Shown in pieces: positions 8,270 through 18,609 of a stretch of 64,000 nt of DNA (positions within the stretch are counted from its first letter, which is position 1; every line of letters begins with the position of its first letter). The stretch is taken from the NCBI GenBank assembly GCA_964406525.1, contig CAYOSC010000001.1:1174-65173 (forward strand). Direction: 5' to 3'. Both the position numbers and the translations under genes were made by a program. The notes beneath the pieces are model-generated. The model was not told the origin of the DNA and searched no databases. It saw only the letters and a list, made by a program, of their open reading frames with translations. This DNA comes from an uncultured Candidatus Saccharibacteria bacterium (GTDB lineage: Bacteria; Patescibacteriota; Saccharimonadia; Saccharimonadales; Saccharimonadaceae).

Positions 8270-9013
8270 TTAGCTGGTTTTCTTTTCGTCGGTCTTAGTA
8301 GAATCTTTTTTGATTCCCTTTGCTTCGAGACGGGCGTCAATCTTTTCACGGAGCTGATCTAAAAACTCGGTGGTACTGATTTCGCGCTGGTCGATCAGCT
8401 CATCCTCAACATAGAAAGAAGGAGTCCACTGAACGTCAGCCTTCTTGGCCATTGCTTCGTCAAAATCGATTTTCTTCAATACATCTTTGCCAGCCATGTC
8501 GGTGCGGAATTGCTCAAGGTCGCCTTTACCCTCAGTAACTTGGTTGAAGTAAGTTTCGAATTGCTCTTGGCGCTTGTCGGCATCGGAATAATACCAATCA
8601 TTTTGGTTAGTGAAGAGAATATCTTTATACTCTTTCCAGTAGCCTTGCTTGGCAGCAGCATTGGCGGCGGCTGCGGCGGCGGTACCGTTTTGGTGATAAC
8701 TCATGATTGTAGTGCGAAAGACAATAGCAATATTATCGCCATATTCTTCTTTAAGCTCATTGATGTAAGGATTCGTTGGGGCGCAAGCGGTGCATTGATA
8801 ATCGCCGTATTCATAAATGATGACTGGAGCATCGGCTTTGCCTTCGATATTCTCTGGCAGGTTGCCACTATCCTCGCTGGCTGCAATAATTGTCTGATGA
8901 TCGTACTGACTATAATCAGTGCGATTCGTTTTAGTCTGCCAGACACTAATGCCAATCAAAGCTCCAACTGCAACTACAAGAATACCAATAATAATTCCGG
9001 TCTTTTTATCCAT
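8270..9013 (-). CDS. Membrane-anchored DsbA/thioredoxin-fold thiol:disulfide oxidoreductase
   Basis: 247 aa. N-terminal TM helix, CxxC active site (YGDYQCTACAP) and a DsbA-like helical insertion. Confidence 0.75.
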   Translation of the reverse strand: MDKKTGIIIGILVVAVGALIGISVWQTKTNRTDYSQYDHQTIIAASEDSGNLPENIEGKADAPVIIYEYGDYQCTACAPTNPYINELKEEYGDNIAIVFRTTIMSYHQNGTAAAAAANAAAKQGYWKEYKDILFTNQNDWYYSDADKRQEQFETYFNQVTEGKGDLEQFRTDMAGKDVLKKIDFDEAMAKKADVQWTPSFYVEDELIDQREISTTEFLDQLREKIDARLEAKGIKKDSTKTDEKKTS

Positions 9014-9068
9014 TTCTCCTCCATTATGAGTGCGTGCTCATTTAGGTAATTTGTAGTATAATTATATC

Positions 9069-9899
9069 ATGGATGTGCTAAAGACAAAACCCTCAAAGCA
9101 GAAATCAGAGGACCCAGATAATTTGATGGAAGACTTCCGGAAGATTTGGGGAAATATAGTTCGGCAGACAAAGAAATTTCTTAGTATCATTGGGAAGGGT
9201 TTGGCGAATGTGCGGCGCGGATTCTTGAGATCGTTTACGCGATGGGCGGATCCGAAGCTTGAGCCATATCGGGAGCACAAGTTGCAGGGTGAAAAACCGA
9301 AACAGCCAGAAAAAGTGATCATCCAGGAAGAAGTTTATACGCCGGCCGAACCGGAACCGCCAGCCACGAGGGGGGATCTCTTCGCACTGATCCGAGAGGC
9401 ACCGATGAACGTACTGAATGGTCAAGAGCGTAAGGCGATGTCGGCGGTGCTAGGGCTTTCTGATGTCTTAGTTTCAGAAGTAATGACAAGTGGGTCAAAA
9501 ATTGTTTTCGTGGACAAAGACAAGGTGCTTGGTCCATTGATGCTGGATAAATTGTACCATTCAGGCTTTATCTTCTTTCCGGTAATTGATGGAAGTCAAC
9601 GAATTATTGGCACGCTACAGACAACGCTGCTGAACAGTCTTGACATTAAAGATACACATAAGGCGGCGGAAGTGATGGATCCGCGAGTGTATTATATTCG
9701 GGCGGACTATACTTTAGAGCAGGCCTTGAAAGCTTTCTTGCGGACGGGAAGCCAGCTGATGATGGTGATCGATCGATACGAGAAGCTGGTCGGGATGCTG
9801 ACTTTTGAGCAGATTATGAAATATTTATTCGACGAGAAGTTTAACGATGATTTTGATCGAGACGATGATCGTTTGGCGGTAGCGAAACGCAAGGGTTAA
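9069..9899 (+). CDS. CBS-pair domain protein
   Basis: 276 aa. Two CBS repeats (VSEVMT...FFPVIDG..RIIGTL and AAEVMDP...LMMVIDRYEKLVGMLTFEQI) follow a basic N-terminal region. Confidence 0.7.
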   Translation: MDVLKTKPSKQKSEDPDNLMEDFRKIWGNIVRQTKKFLSIIGKGLANVRRGFLRSFTRWADPKLEPYREHKLQGEKPKQPEKVIIQEEVYTPAEPEPPATRGDLFALIREAPMNVLNGQERKAMSAVLGLSDVLVSEVMTSGSKIVFVDKDKVLGPLMLDKLYHSGFIFFPVIDGSQRIIGTLQTTLLNSLDIKDTHKAAEVMDPRVYYIRADYTLEQALKAFLRTGSQLMMVIDRYEKLVGMLTFEQIMKYLFDEKFNDDFDRDDDRLAVAKRKG

Positions 9900-9970
9900 A
9901 CTATTTAACTCTATTTACTTCAACGATTAGTATGGCGCAAGAGATTAAGTTGTATAGTTTTGTTGATGAT

Positions 9971-10777
9971 TTAGGCAATGATGAGCATGACGCCGATTAC
10001 GAGGCAGGCGACAATAATGCGATATTTACCGAAGCTCTGAAGTGATTTTGGTTGCTTGAGATAGCTAAGGACGAAGGCTAGAGCGAGCCAGCCGACAATA
10101 AAAGCGACTAAATTGCTTAATAACAACATTCCGAGATTATCAGCTAAGTAAATACGATTGCTCTCGGATAGAAGCATTTTGAGGCAGACTCCACACATGA
10201 TTGGAATGCTGGCTAGGAAAGAGTATTCAGCGGAAGATTCGGAGTCCATGCCAACGATACGGCCAGCAATAATAGTGGTGCCAGAGCGAGAAGTGCCAGG
10301 AATAAGTGCGAGGATCTGAGAGAGGCCGATAATGAGTGCGCGGATCGGGGTGAGCTGATTTTCGTTGTCAAGCTTTGACATGTGCGGAATTTTATCAATG
10401 AAGATCATGATGAGGCCAACGATTCCCATAGCTCCGGCGACGGTGAAAATAGAGTTGAAAAACTCGGTGTTTTCGATAATATCGCCGAGCAAAAGTCCAG
10501 CCAGCCCAGCCGGAATTGTAGTGATGACAAGATTGATCGCCATTTTATAGTTACGCTCTTTGAAGACGTCGAGAATTATCCTCCAAATACGTTTGCGGAA
10601 GTAAAAAATAAGTGCCAATAGAGTACCGAGATTAATAAATTCAAGAAAGAGATGAAAATTCTCAGTGGGAAAATTGAAGATTTGACGGACTATTTCGAGA
10701 TGCCCGGATGAAGAGACTGGAATAAACTCCGTAATACCTTGTACAAACCCTAATACTAACGCCTCAAATAAATCCAT
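9971..10777 (-). CDS. uppP: Undecaprenyl-diphosphate phosphatase (BacA/UppP)
   Basis: MDLFEALVLGFVQGITEFIPVSSSGHL and PGTSRSG motifs. The ORF extends to 10795, but the Met at 10777 matches the family N-terminus. Confidence 0.9.
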   Translation of the reverse strand: MDLFEALVLGFVQGITEFIPVSSSGHLEIVRQIFNFPTENFHLFLEFINLGTLLALIFYFRKRIWRIILDVFKERNYKMAINLVITTIPAGLAGLLLGDIIENTEFFNSIFTVAGAMGIVGLIMIFIDKIPHMSKLDNENQLTPIRALIIGLSQILALIPGTSRSGTTIIAGRIVGMDSESSAEYSFLASIPIMCGVCLKMLLSESNRIYLADNLGMLLLSNLVAFIVGWLALAFVLSYLKQPKSLQSFGKYRIIVACLVIGVMLIIA

Positions 10778-10826
10778 ATACTCATTATAGCACACTTATG
10801 TATGCATTCGTTGCTAATGCGTAATG

Positions 10827-12494
10827 CTAAGGGTTGTTTTTGAAGAGGATTTTTCTAATGCGTTCTACTAGAGGGCGCACTTGGTCAAGATTAAGGAACC
10901 AGCCCGCGATAATATACGTGAGGAGTGAGACAAGGGTGATGAGGCAGAATTTCGGGAAGATAATAAAGAAGGAATCGTCGGTGGCCATGAGCGGGAAGAA
11001 CTTTGTCATGGAGTAGGCGACACAGCCAGTAATGGCGGTAGCAATGGAAATTTTGAAAAAGTTGTGCCAGAATGTTTTATTGAGTAACTGACGGCGACTA
11101 CGTTTCTGCAAGAGACTGAGCAGGATGACGACTTCGAGCACTGAGCCAATGGATTGCGCCCAGCCTAATCCTTCTGGACCACAACCAAGTAGCGTAAGAA
11201 CAATGGAGAGGATAATGATGGTGCCGATTGAGACGATAGAGACGATGAAGGGAGTTTTAGTGTCTTGTTCGGCATAGAATCCTCGCGTAGCGATCTGAAA
11301 GACTGAATTAGCAAAGATGGCAATGACGAGCGTAGCGAGAATGGAGGAGATCAGGGTATCACCGCCATTCTTGATGAAACTCACGACGTAGCCGCGGGCA
11401 AAGAAAGCGATGATAGCAATCGGCATAGCGATCCAGATAATGGTACTAAGTGCAGTGCGAAAAGTCTTGCGATAGGCGCCGTCTTTGCCTTCACTGAGTT
11501 GTTCGGTAAGCTTTGGAAAGAAGGCAGTAGAGATAGCGGTGCCGACTAGGCTAACGGGCATTTGAGCGAGGCTGCTAGCTTGGTTGTAGGAGCGAAGTGC
11601 GCCGGCACCCATGCGCGAGGAGAGATTAGTGGTGACAATAGTATTAACATAGTCAATGCCTTGGTCAAGAGAGCGAGCGGGCAAGAGCTTGAGGATAGAA
11701 CGGAAACCTTGATTGCGCCAGCTAATTTTAAATTCGTAATCGAACCCGAGACCGATCAGACCGATCAGGCTGACGATTAGCTGTAAAACTGCACCGAGGA
11801 CAACACCGAGCGCGACGCCCATGATGCCGCCTTCGAACAACTGCCAACCAAAGATATTAATACCACCAGTAAACCAAACAATACCAATCAGGATGCCGAC
11901 ATTGTAGAGCGCGGGGGCAAGAGCATAGAAGACGAATCTACCGACAGCCTGTTGAATACTAGAGAGAATCGTAGAAATTGAAAAAAGGAAGGGGTTAATG
12001 GCGATCACGCGCATCATATTAATTGCTAAAATCATGCCTGACTCATCGAGACCTGGGCCGACGACATAGCGTACTAGCGGATCGGCAAAGATCATGATAA
12101 GAATAGAAGCTACTAACGTGAGCAAGGCCATGAGGTTAAGAATACTCGAGGAGAGCTCCCAGGCGGATTTCTTATTACCAGTAATCAGGCGTTGGTTAAA
12201 AACTGGGATGAAAGAGACTGCTAATGCCCCAGAAGTGAGAATGAAGAAGAGAAAATCTGGGATCGTAAAGGCGGCAGTATAAGCGTCGATGCCGGTGGGA
12301 TACGTATCGAGATAATATGAGTTGAGTAGACGATCACGAAAGATGCCTAGAAGCGCCGAAATCAGGGTAGAGCCTGCGAGAACAATGGCGGCGAATTGTA
12401 TGGACAGCTTGCGGTTCGCCAAAGCTACGACCGACTTAAATCGGAAGCGCTTTTTAGCCTTGGGAGGCTCCGGGATCTGTCCCACCTCAGCCAT
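10827..12494 (-). CDS. murJ: Lipid II flippase MurJ/MviN
   Basis: 555-aa polytopic membrane protein. The N-terminal ...LLGIFRDRLL... block and overall length are typical of MurJ. Confidence 0.85.
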   Translation of the reverse strand: MAEVGQIPEPPKAKKRFRFKSVVALANRKLSIQFAAIVLAGSTLISALLGIFRDRLLNSYYLDTYPTGIDAYTAAFTIPDFLFFILTSGALAVSFIPVFNQRLITGNKKSAWELSSSILNLMALLTLVASILIMIFADPLVRYVVGPGLDESGMILAINMMRVIAINPFLFSISTILSSIQQAVGRFVFYALAPALYNVGILIGIVWFTGGINIFGWQLFEGGIMGVALGVVLGAVLQLIVSLIGLIGLGFDYEFKISWRNQGFRSILKLLPARSLDQGIDYVNTIVTTNLSSRMGAGALRSYNQASSLAQMPVSLVGTAISTAFFPKLTEQLSEGKDGAYRKTFRTALSTIIWIAMPIAIIAFFARGYVVSFIKNGGDTLISSILATLVIAIFANSVFQIATRGFYAEQDTKTPFIVSIVSIGTIIILSIVLTLLGCGPEGLGWAQSIGSVLEVVILLSLLQKRSRRQLLNKTFWHNFFKISIATAITGCVAYSMTKFFPLMATDDSFFIIFPKFCLITLVSLLTYIIAGWFLNLDQVRPLVERIRKILFKNNP

Positions 12495-13738
12495 TAAAGC
12501 TCGTCAGCTCCATTTAGATATGGTTTGAGCACTGCAGGGACTTTGAGTTTTCCGTCAGGCTGAGCGTAATTTTCGATGACGGCAACCATGGTGCGAGCGA
12601 GGGCGACGGCGGTGCCGTTCAGAGTATGCAAGACTTCGACCGAGCCGTCATTGCGGCGGACGCGGATATTGAGACTGCGAGCTTGGAAATCGGTACAGTT
12701 AGAGCAACTGGTAAGCTCGCGATATTTTTGGTCAAGCGGGGACCAGTATTCGATGTCGTACTTTTTAGCAGCAGGCGCGCCAAGGTCGCCAGCAGCAATA
12801 TTAATGACACGATATGGGATACCAAGTTCTTGCCAGATTTCCTCTTCAATATAGCGGATCTGCTCGTGCATGTCCTTGGATTGCTCTGGTAGACAGAAAA
12901 CATACATTTCTAGCTTGTTGAACTGATGAACACGGAAAAGCCCGCGGGTATGTTTGCCGTACGTGCCAGCTTCTTTGCGGAAACAAGCGCTGTAGCCAGC
13001 GAAGCAGATCGGAAGATCTTTTTCGTCAATAATCTCGTCCATGTAATAGCCGGTGAGGGGCATTTCGGCGGTAGCGATCATGGCGAGATCTTCGCCTTCA
13101 ATATAGTATTCGTCACTTTGCTCGCTACTACGCGGGTTGAAACCGCAGCCTTCGAGAATTTTACTGGAGACCATGTCTGGTACGGTCATGAAGTTAAAAC
13201 CGTGTTCGAGGACTTTCTTGAGGCCAAATTGGAGTAAAGCATTCTCGAGAAGCGCTAGGCCGCCTTTTAGATAATAGAATTTCGCGCCAGCAACTTTCGC
13301 ACCACGCTCGAAATCGACCCAGTCGCGACTGAGGGCGTAGTCGAGATGGTCGACACCAGTAGGCTTACGGTCGCCCCAAGCACCGACTTCGACGCTGCAT
13401 TCTTCCCCGCCAAGCGGGACGTCGTCGAAAATAATATTAGGAACACCTTTGAGCTGGTCGTTAAGATTCTTTTCGATAGCGGTGAGTTCTGGCTCTAGTG
13501 CGGCCAGCTCGGCTTTGATGCGTTTCGCTTCGGCGAGAATATCAGGATCAGGTTTGCCCTTGCCCATCTTGGCGGAGACTTCATTACGCAAGCGACGGAG
13601 CTCGTCGACTTTTTGTAGAAGTTCTCGACGCTGATCGTCAAGTGCTAAGAGATCGACAATACTAATATGGTAGCCTTTTTCACGTGCCGACTTTTCGACT
13701 AGTGCTTGGTTTTTCCGAATGAAATTAATATCTAACAT
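12494..13738 (-). CDS. serS: Seryl-tRNA synthetase
   Basis: 414 aa. N-terminal coiled-coil arm (MLDINFIR.N), class II core and a C-terminal TLNGTAVA motif. Confidence 0.95.
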   Translation of the reverse strand: MLDINFIRKNQALVEKSAREKGYHISIVDLLALDDQRRELLQKVDELRRLRNEVSAKMGKGKPDPDILAEAKRIKAELAALEPELTAIEKNLNDQLKGVPNIIFDDVPLGGEECSVEVGAWGDRKPTGVDHLDYALSRDWVDFERGAKVAGAKFYYLKGGLALLENALLQFGLKKVLEHGFNFMTVPDMVSSKILEGCGFNPRSSEQSDEYYIEGEDLAMIATAEMPLTGYYMDEIIDEKDLPICFAGYSACFRKEAGTYGKHTRGLFRVHQFNKLEMYVFCLPEQSKDMHEQIRYIEEEIWQELGIPYRVINIAAGDLGAPAAKKYDIEYWSPLDQKYRELTSCSNCTDFQARSLNIRVRRNDGSVEVLHTLNGTAVALARTMVAVIENYAQPDGKLKVPAVLKPYLNGADEL

Positions 13739-13822
13739 AGTTTTATTCTACCATAAATTACATATAAAATATTAGGTTTGTTGCAGAATTGTATCTGCAG
13801 GCGATATGCGGTGAGGCGCTTA

Positions 13823-15766
13823 CTACCAACCTCCCCCACCACCGCCGCCTCCGCCCCCGCCGGAGAATCCGCCTCCACCAAAGCCCGATGAGCTAGAACT
13901 GGAATTACTGGTCGTGGAGTGTGTAATACTGGATGTAACGGAGCTGCTGGCGGCCATCATGGCGTTACTAAATTCGCGCGCAGAGAAGGCCCCGACACCG
14001 ACATACCAGGTTGGTGCGGTGACGTCGTCAAATTCATAGTATCTACTCATTTCGTTGAGCCAGCTTTTCTCGAGACCAAAGATGGCAGCATAGGGTAATA
14101 ATTTCTCGTAAATCTTTACGACGCCTTGATGGGTCGTGTCGGCACCCTTGACACTTTGGAGCATTTGAAGACGATCGGCTTCAGCCATTTTCATGTAATG
14201 CTGCAGTCCGTCGAGGTAGCGGGAGTAGTCGAGGCCTTTTTCGGTATGCTGAACGAAAGGAGCGTTCTTGATACCGACGATAAACGTGACTATAGTGGTA
14301 GCAATCGCGAGGATAATGATAATCGGAGGAAGAAAATCTTCGCCGACCAAGGTGCGATATGGCGCGCTATCTTCGAAGACAAACATAAATATGAAGAGCC
14401 AGGCAAAGAACCAGATGCAGGCAGCGATAGTGAGGATGCCTGGCCAGTTGCGTGGCTTTTTGCCGTTTTTATCTTTACGCCGAGGATCAATGATGAGACC
14501 TTTACGCTCGAGACCATCTTGGACGCTTTTGTCGAAGCTGTTCGCGAGGCCAATTAGACTCGTACTAGCCCGGTGTGTTTCGACAGTAATTTCTTGACCT
14601 ACCTGCAGGTCGGCACTGGTGCCGGCGAGAATCTTAAGTACGAAAGTCTGCTGACGATTCAGCATGTCGCTTTTAATACGGACTTTCCAGAGAGTCTTTT
14701 TGTTACCAAAGGCAGTAGTAGCTTCGGTTTTGATCATTTCAATTTTGTGATTAACGGCGAGCTCAAGGAGCGTAGCAACTTTCTGACTACTAGTAGTGTT
14801 TCTGCCGATGTAGTTTTCAGCCATTTCGGCGACGGTGAAATCGGCAGGTGGAGTATATTCGGGTTTGATGAAAAGATTTTTATAGTATTTGCGTTTGGCG
14901 GAAGTCTGCCGCAAGCACAAGATAATCAGAATAAACATACCGAGGCTGCCGATGACGATGCCAATGGTCGCAAAAACAAGTTTGAGATCGAAATGTTTGG
15001 GTGGCATGGCGAAGGTGCCACGATTAAACTGGAGGTCAAAAGTTAGGTTTTCATAAGCGCTCAGTCTATCAGTACTAAACTCTACACCGCCAGCACTTTC
15101 ATGTGCTCCCCAGGTGAGATTATCTTGAAATTCAGAAATTTTGCAACGACTTTGACCACTATCGCCATAACGACCGACATAACAAGAAGCTTCGCCGGTG
15201 TAGCTTTGGGCAATATCGTTGTCAAAATAGACGCGAGCGGTAACGTGATTAAAACGTTGTGGCCAATCGTTGCCATTAGCGTCCCAATATAGCTCTTGCC
15301 ACTGCTCAAAATCGGTAATAACATTGCGAAACTCGTAAGTCAGAGTATAAGTCTGCTCGCCGTGGATGTATTCATTGGCGTCGCCGATGTAGACGTAAAA
15401 ATAACCGTCGCCAACTTCGACATCGCTGACTTTTTCAGTAATACCATTACGTTTGACATCGATTTGGATCGTGTCGTCTGACTCCATTGTAAGGTTGTGG
15501 CCATTTTGGTTGGTGAATGGGATTACGCGAGTGATACCGTGATTTTGATCATAATCTGGAAAGACGGCGACGAGTTCTTCAACGACGCGGAGGCGGCTGG
15601 TGCCGTCCTCGGCGCGGTAGAGATAGTAATTGGCTGTGAAATCATCAAAGTAAAAGTTATTAGCCGAGCTAGAGACGGCATGGGTCGGTAGAGTAGATAG
15701 AAAAGTATTCGCGAAGATGCCGAGGGCGGCGAGGAGACCGGAAATAGTACGGCGGATGTTAGGCAT
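13823..15766 (-). CDS. DUF2207-like membrane protein with a Gly-rich C-terminal tail
   Basis: Signal/TM N-terminus (MPNIRRTISGLLAALGIF), a large extracytoplasmic domain, several TM helices, and a tail ...SSGFGGGGFSGGGGGGGGGGGW. The ORF extends to 15952 but would overlap ldh by ~190 nt. The ATG at 15766 overlaps the ldh stop (ATGCCTAA). Confidence 0.6.
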   Translation of the reverse strand: MPNIRRTISGLLAALGIFANTFLSTLPTHAVSSSANNFYFDDFTANYYLYRAEDGTSRLRVVEELVAVFPDYDQNHGITRVIPFTNQNGHNLTMESDDTIQIDVKRNGITEKVSDVEVGDGYFYVYIGDANEYIHGEQTYTLTYEFRNVITDFEQWQELYWDANGNDWPQRFNHVTARVYFDNDIAQSYTGEASCYVGRYGDSGQSRCKISEFQDNLTWGAHESAGGVEFSTDRLSAYENLTFDLQFNRGTFAMPPKHFDLKLVFATIGIVIGSLGMFILIILCLRQTSAKRKYYKNLFIKPEYTPPADFTVAEMAENYIGRNTTSSQKVATLLELAVNHKIEMIKTEATTAFGNKKTLWKVRIKSDMLNRQQTFVLKILAGTSADLQVGQEITVETHRASTSLIGLANSFDKSVQDGLERKGLIIDPRRKDKNGKKPRNWPGILTIAACIWFFAWLFIFMFVFEDSAPYRTLVGEDFLPPIIIILAIATTIVTFIVGIKNAPFVQHTEKGLDYSRYLDGLQHYMKMAEADRLQMLQSVKGADTTHQGVVKIYEKLLPYAAIFGLEKSWLNEMSRYYEFDDVTAPTWYVGVGAFSAREFSNAMMAASSSVTSSITHSTTSNSSSSSSGFGGGGFSGGGGGGGGGGGW

Positions 15767-16673
15767 GTTCGACCTCGCGGATAGTGGCCTGGATGGCGTT
15801 GACGGACTTTTGAAACTTGATTGCTTCGGACTCGCTGAGATCGAGCTCAATGCGGCGGATGATGCCAGTGCGACCAACGACGGCCGGGAAGCCATTATAG
15901 ACATTAGCATTATCATCGTATGATGAGACGGATAAAACGCGGCGTTCGTCATTTAGAATGCAATTCATAATGCGTACTACACAGGCACCGATACCATAGT
16001 GGGTGGCGCCCTTACGCTTGATGATCTCGTAAGCTTCATTGCGCACGGAAGTTTCGATTTGCGTACACTTGGCGGTAGAGAGCAACTTGGTAACTTTTTC
16101 GCCGCCAACATTGGCGCTAGACCACAAAGCAAATTCACTATCACCATGCTCGCCGACCTGATAGGCATGGACGGATTTCGGGTTGACGCCCAGCTGTTCA
16201 GCAATACGGAAGCGCAATCGTGCAGAGTCTAGTACGGTGCCACTGCCGATCACACGTTCGGCAGGGAGACGCGAGTATTGCTGAGTGAAAAAAGTGAGAG
16301 TGTCAACTGGATTGGCGACTACTAAGAAGATACCTTGGAAGCCAGAGGCCATGACTGGGCCGACGATACTCTGGAGGATTTTGGCATTTTTCTGCACGAG
16401 ATCGGTACGAGTCTCGCCAGGTTTTTGATTCACGCCGGCGGTGATGACACAGATGTCGCAATCTTTCGCATCGTCATAATTGCCGCTACGAATCTTGAGA
16501 TAGCTCGGCGCGACAGCGAGAGCGTCGCAAAGGTCCATCACTTCGCCCTCGGCGTCCGACATGTCGAGATCCGTTAAGATTATTTCTTTGACTGGTGTAC
16601 GTTGGTTCAGCAAAGCGAAAGCAATGCTGGCGCCCACATTACCAGTCCCTACGATCATTATTTTTCCACTCAT
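15759..16673 (-). CDS. ldh: L-lactate dehydrogenase
   Basis: 304 aa. GTGNVGAS Rossmann motif, ITAGVNQKPGETR (Gln at the LDH specificity position) and GEHGDS catalytic His. Confidence 0.85.
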   Translation of the reverse strand: MSGKIMIVGTGNVGASIAFALLNQRTPVKEIILTDLDMSDAEGEVMDLCDALAVAPSYLKIRSGNYDDAKDCDICVITAGVNQKPGETRTDLVQKNAKILQSIVGPVMASGFQGIFLVVANPVDTLTFFTQQYSRLPAERVIGSGTVLDSARLRFRIAEQLGVNPKSVHAYQVGEHGDSEFALWSSANVGGEKVTKLLSTAKCTQIETSVRNEAYEIIKRKGATHYGIGACVVRIMNCILNDERRVLSVSSYDDNANVYNGFPAVVGRTGIIRRIELDLSESEAIKFQKSVNAIQATIREVEHA

Positions 16674-16751
16674 ATTAATTTAATTGTAGCATAAAAATTA
16701 AAACGGTGCGGGTTGTTTGCTGACTAAGAATAGACTTAGCGAGATCTATTG

Positions 16752-17093
16752 TTATTCGAAAATAGTTTGCGCATGGAGATCGGAGAGTTCGTCGTCATTC
16801 AGTGCACGAATGAGGAGACTGCCGTTTTGTTGGTCGAGAATGAAAGGGCGAAGTTCTTTAATCGTGAGTTCATAGTCGGCATCGCCGAGAATTTCGTTTT
16901 GGCTATTCTGAAAAACTATTTTCCATTGGTGGATAATATCGGTATTGAGCTCGAAATCTTCGGCTGGACTAAGCGAGAGAATAGTAGGAGTGTCGCTAGC
17001 GAGCGTAAAAGCACCAACGGTATTCAGATCTTCATCGACGAAGCCCATCGGCTCCGCGACGGTGGCAGCATTCCACTCTTCTGCGAAGTTCAC
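16752..17093 (-). CDS. Acidic hypothetical protein (113 aa), translationally abutting lysS
   Basis: Its ATG at 17093 directly follows the lysS stop (17094). No recognisable motif. Confidence 0.45.
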   Translation of the reverse strand: MNFAEEWNAATVAEPMGFVDEDLNTVGAFTLASDTPTILSLSPAEDFELNTDIIHQWKIVFQNSQNEILGDADYELTIKELRPFILDQQNGSLLIRALNDDELSDLHAQTIFE

Positions 17094-18551
17094 TTATTCG
17101 CTCCGGGCTTTGATAATTGGGAACGGAACCGCTTCGCGACCGCTAACGCCTTCGAGCAACCAGAAGTTGCGCTCGCTATTACCCCAGCCGCAGGCAGGTG
17201 GCATACCATATTCGAGCATCTCGACGAAATCCATATCGAGCATCTGCGCTTCATCATCACCATTATCGCGCATGGCTTGCTGTTCTTGGAAGCGTTCGAG
17301 CTGATCCAGCGGATCATTCAGCTCGCTGTAGCCGTTCCCCATCTCGGTGCCGGCAATAATCGGGTGGAAGCGCTGAGTGACGAGCGGATTCTCTGGTAGA
17401 GTTTTCGCTAGTGGGCTAAGTGCAAGTGGCTCTTCAATCAGCCAGTACGGGCCAGCGGAGGTCTTACGGATGAGCTTCCAGAGATTATCAATAATACGAG
17501 AATCGTTGGCTTGCGGATCAAGAGTGACGTTATGTTCTTTCAGAATCGCCAGAGCGCGTTCACGATCGAGCTGGAAGACATCAATATCGAACTTCTCTTT
17601 CAGAAGGTCAGAATATTTAATACGTGGCCATTCGCAATCCAGATCGACATCGAACCCACCGACGTGGAATTGCAAAGTTCCCCAAGTCTGCATGGCGACA
17701 TATTTAATCATTTCTTCGTAAAGTTTCATGCCGTCTTCGTAATCTTCGTAAGCAGCATAGCTCTCGAAAGCTATATGCTCGGGCAGATGCTCATCGTCGA
17801 CGCCTTCGTTGCGGAAGCGCGGACCGATATCGTAAACTTTTTCAAAACCGCCACCAAGTAGACGCTTGAGTGGGAGCTCCTGGGAAATGCGCAGATAATA
17901 ATCAGTATCTAGTGCATCCATGTGCGTAACGAATGGATTAGCATCGGCACCTCCAGTGGTTAGCTCGAGGACTGGGGTATTGACTTCGATGAAGCCGTGC
18001 TGATTCATGAAATCACGCGTAGCTTGCCAGAATTTCGAGCGACGCACTAGGCGTTCGCGGACTTCGGGATTCACATTCATATCGACATAGCGGCGTCGGT
18101 AGCGCTCTTCCTTATTCGTCAAGCCATCAAAACCTGGGAGTGGGCGTAGAGCCTTCGTGAGCAACCTTACGCTATCAGCAAATACGGAAATCTCTCCGGT
18201 GCTGGACTTACCGACTTTGCCAGTAGCTTCAATGAAGTCGCCCGTATCGAGGAGTTTGAGTTGCTTAATGCCGAATTGACCCGCTGGCACATCATCTGTC
18301 TTTTGCATGAAAATCTGAACCTCGCCGTGATAATCGCGAATCTTTACGAAAGCGATCTTGCCAAATGAGCGAATCGCTATGATACGGCCAGCAATACAGA
18401 CTTCCTGGCCATCCTTCTCATCAAAGTGGTTCAGAATGGTAGAAATCTTGGTATTGCGATGAGATTTGGCCGGATATGGATCGATCCCCTGCGTGCGGAT
18501 CTCGGCCAGCTTCCTTAATCTTTCATCACGATAATCACTCAAAGTAGTCAT
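17094..18551 (-). CDS. lysS: Lysyl-tRNA synthetase, class II
   Basis: 485 aa. N-terminal OB anticodon-binding domain (GR....R..GK..F..IRD) and class II motifs (..FRNEG.., ..GWG.G..R). Confidence 0.95.
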   Translation of the reverse strand: MTTLSDYRDERLRKLAEIRTQGIDPYPAKSHRNTKISTILNHFDEKDGQEVCIAGRIIAIRSFGKIAFVKIRDYHGEVQIFMQKTDDVPAGQFGIKQLKLLDTGDFIEATGKVGKSSTGEISVFADSVRLLTKALRPLPGFDGLTNKEERYRRRYVDMNVNPEVRERLVRRSKFWQATRDFMNQHGFIEVNTPVLELTTGGADANPFVTHMDALDTDYYLRISQELPLKRLLGGGFEKVYDIGPRFRNEGVDDEHLPEHIAFESYAAYEDYEDGMKLYEEMIKYVAMQTWGTLQFHVGGFDVDLDCEWPRIKYSDLLKEKFDIDVFQLDRERALAILKEHNVTLDPQANDSRIIDNLWKLIRKTSAGPYWLIEEPLALSPLAKTLPENPLVTQRFHPIIAGTEMGNGYSELNDPLDQLERFQEQQAMRDNGDDEAQMLDMDFVEMLEYGMPPACGWGNSERNFWLLEGVSGREAVPFPIIKARSE

Positions 18552-18609
18552 AATGTGTATATTATATCATACTTCGGCGAATCTGCGGGGTTGTCTGGGG
18601 CTAATGACC

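Noticed and set aside
15767-15952. N-terminal extensions of several ORFs: DUF2207 to 15952, FISUMP-1 to 20058, greA to 20791, rseP to 24087, rpoC to 62163, uppP to 10795
   Set aside because: Each extension overlaps the upstream gene or a leader structure. Internal Met codons with good RBSs match the family N-termini.
16749-17399. 216-aa + strand ORF overlapping the acidic orphan and the lysS 3' end
   Set aside because: It reads antisense through conserved lysS codons. The minus-strand 113-aa ORF fits operon geometry better, though neither has homology support.
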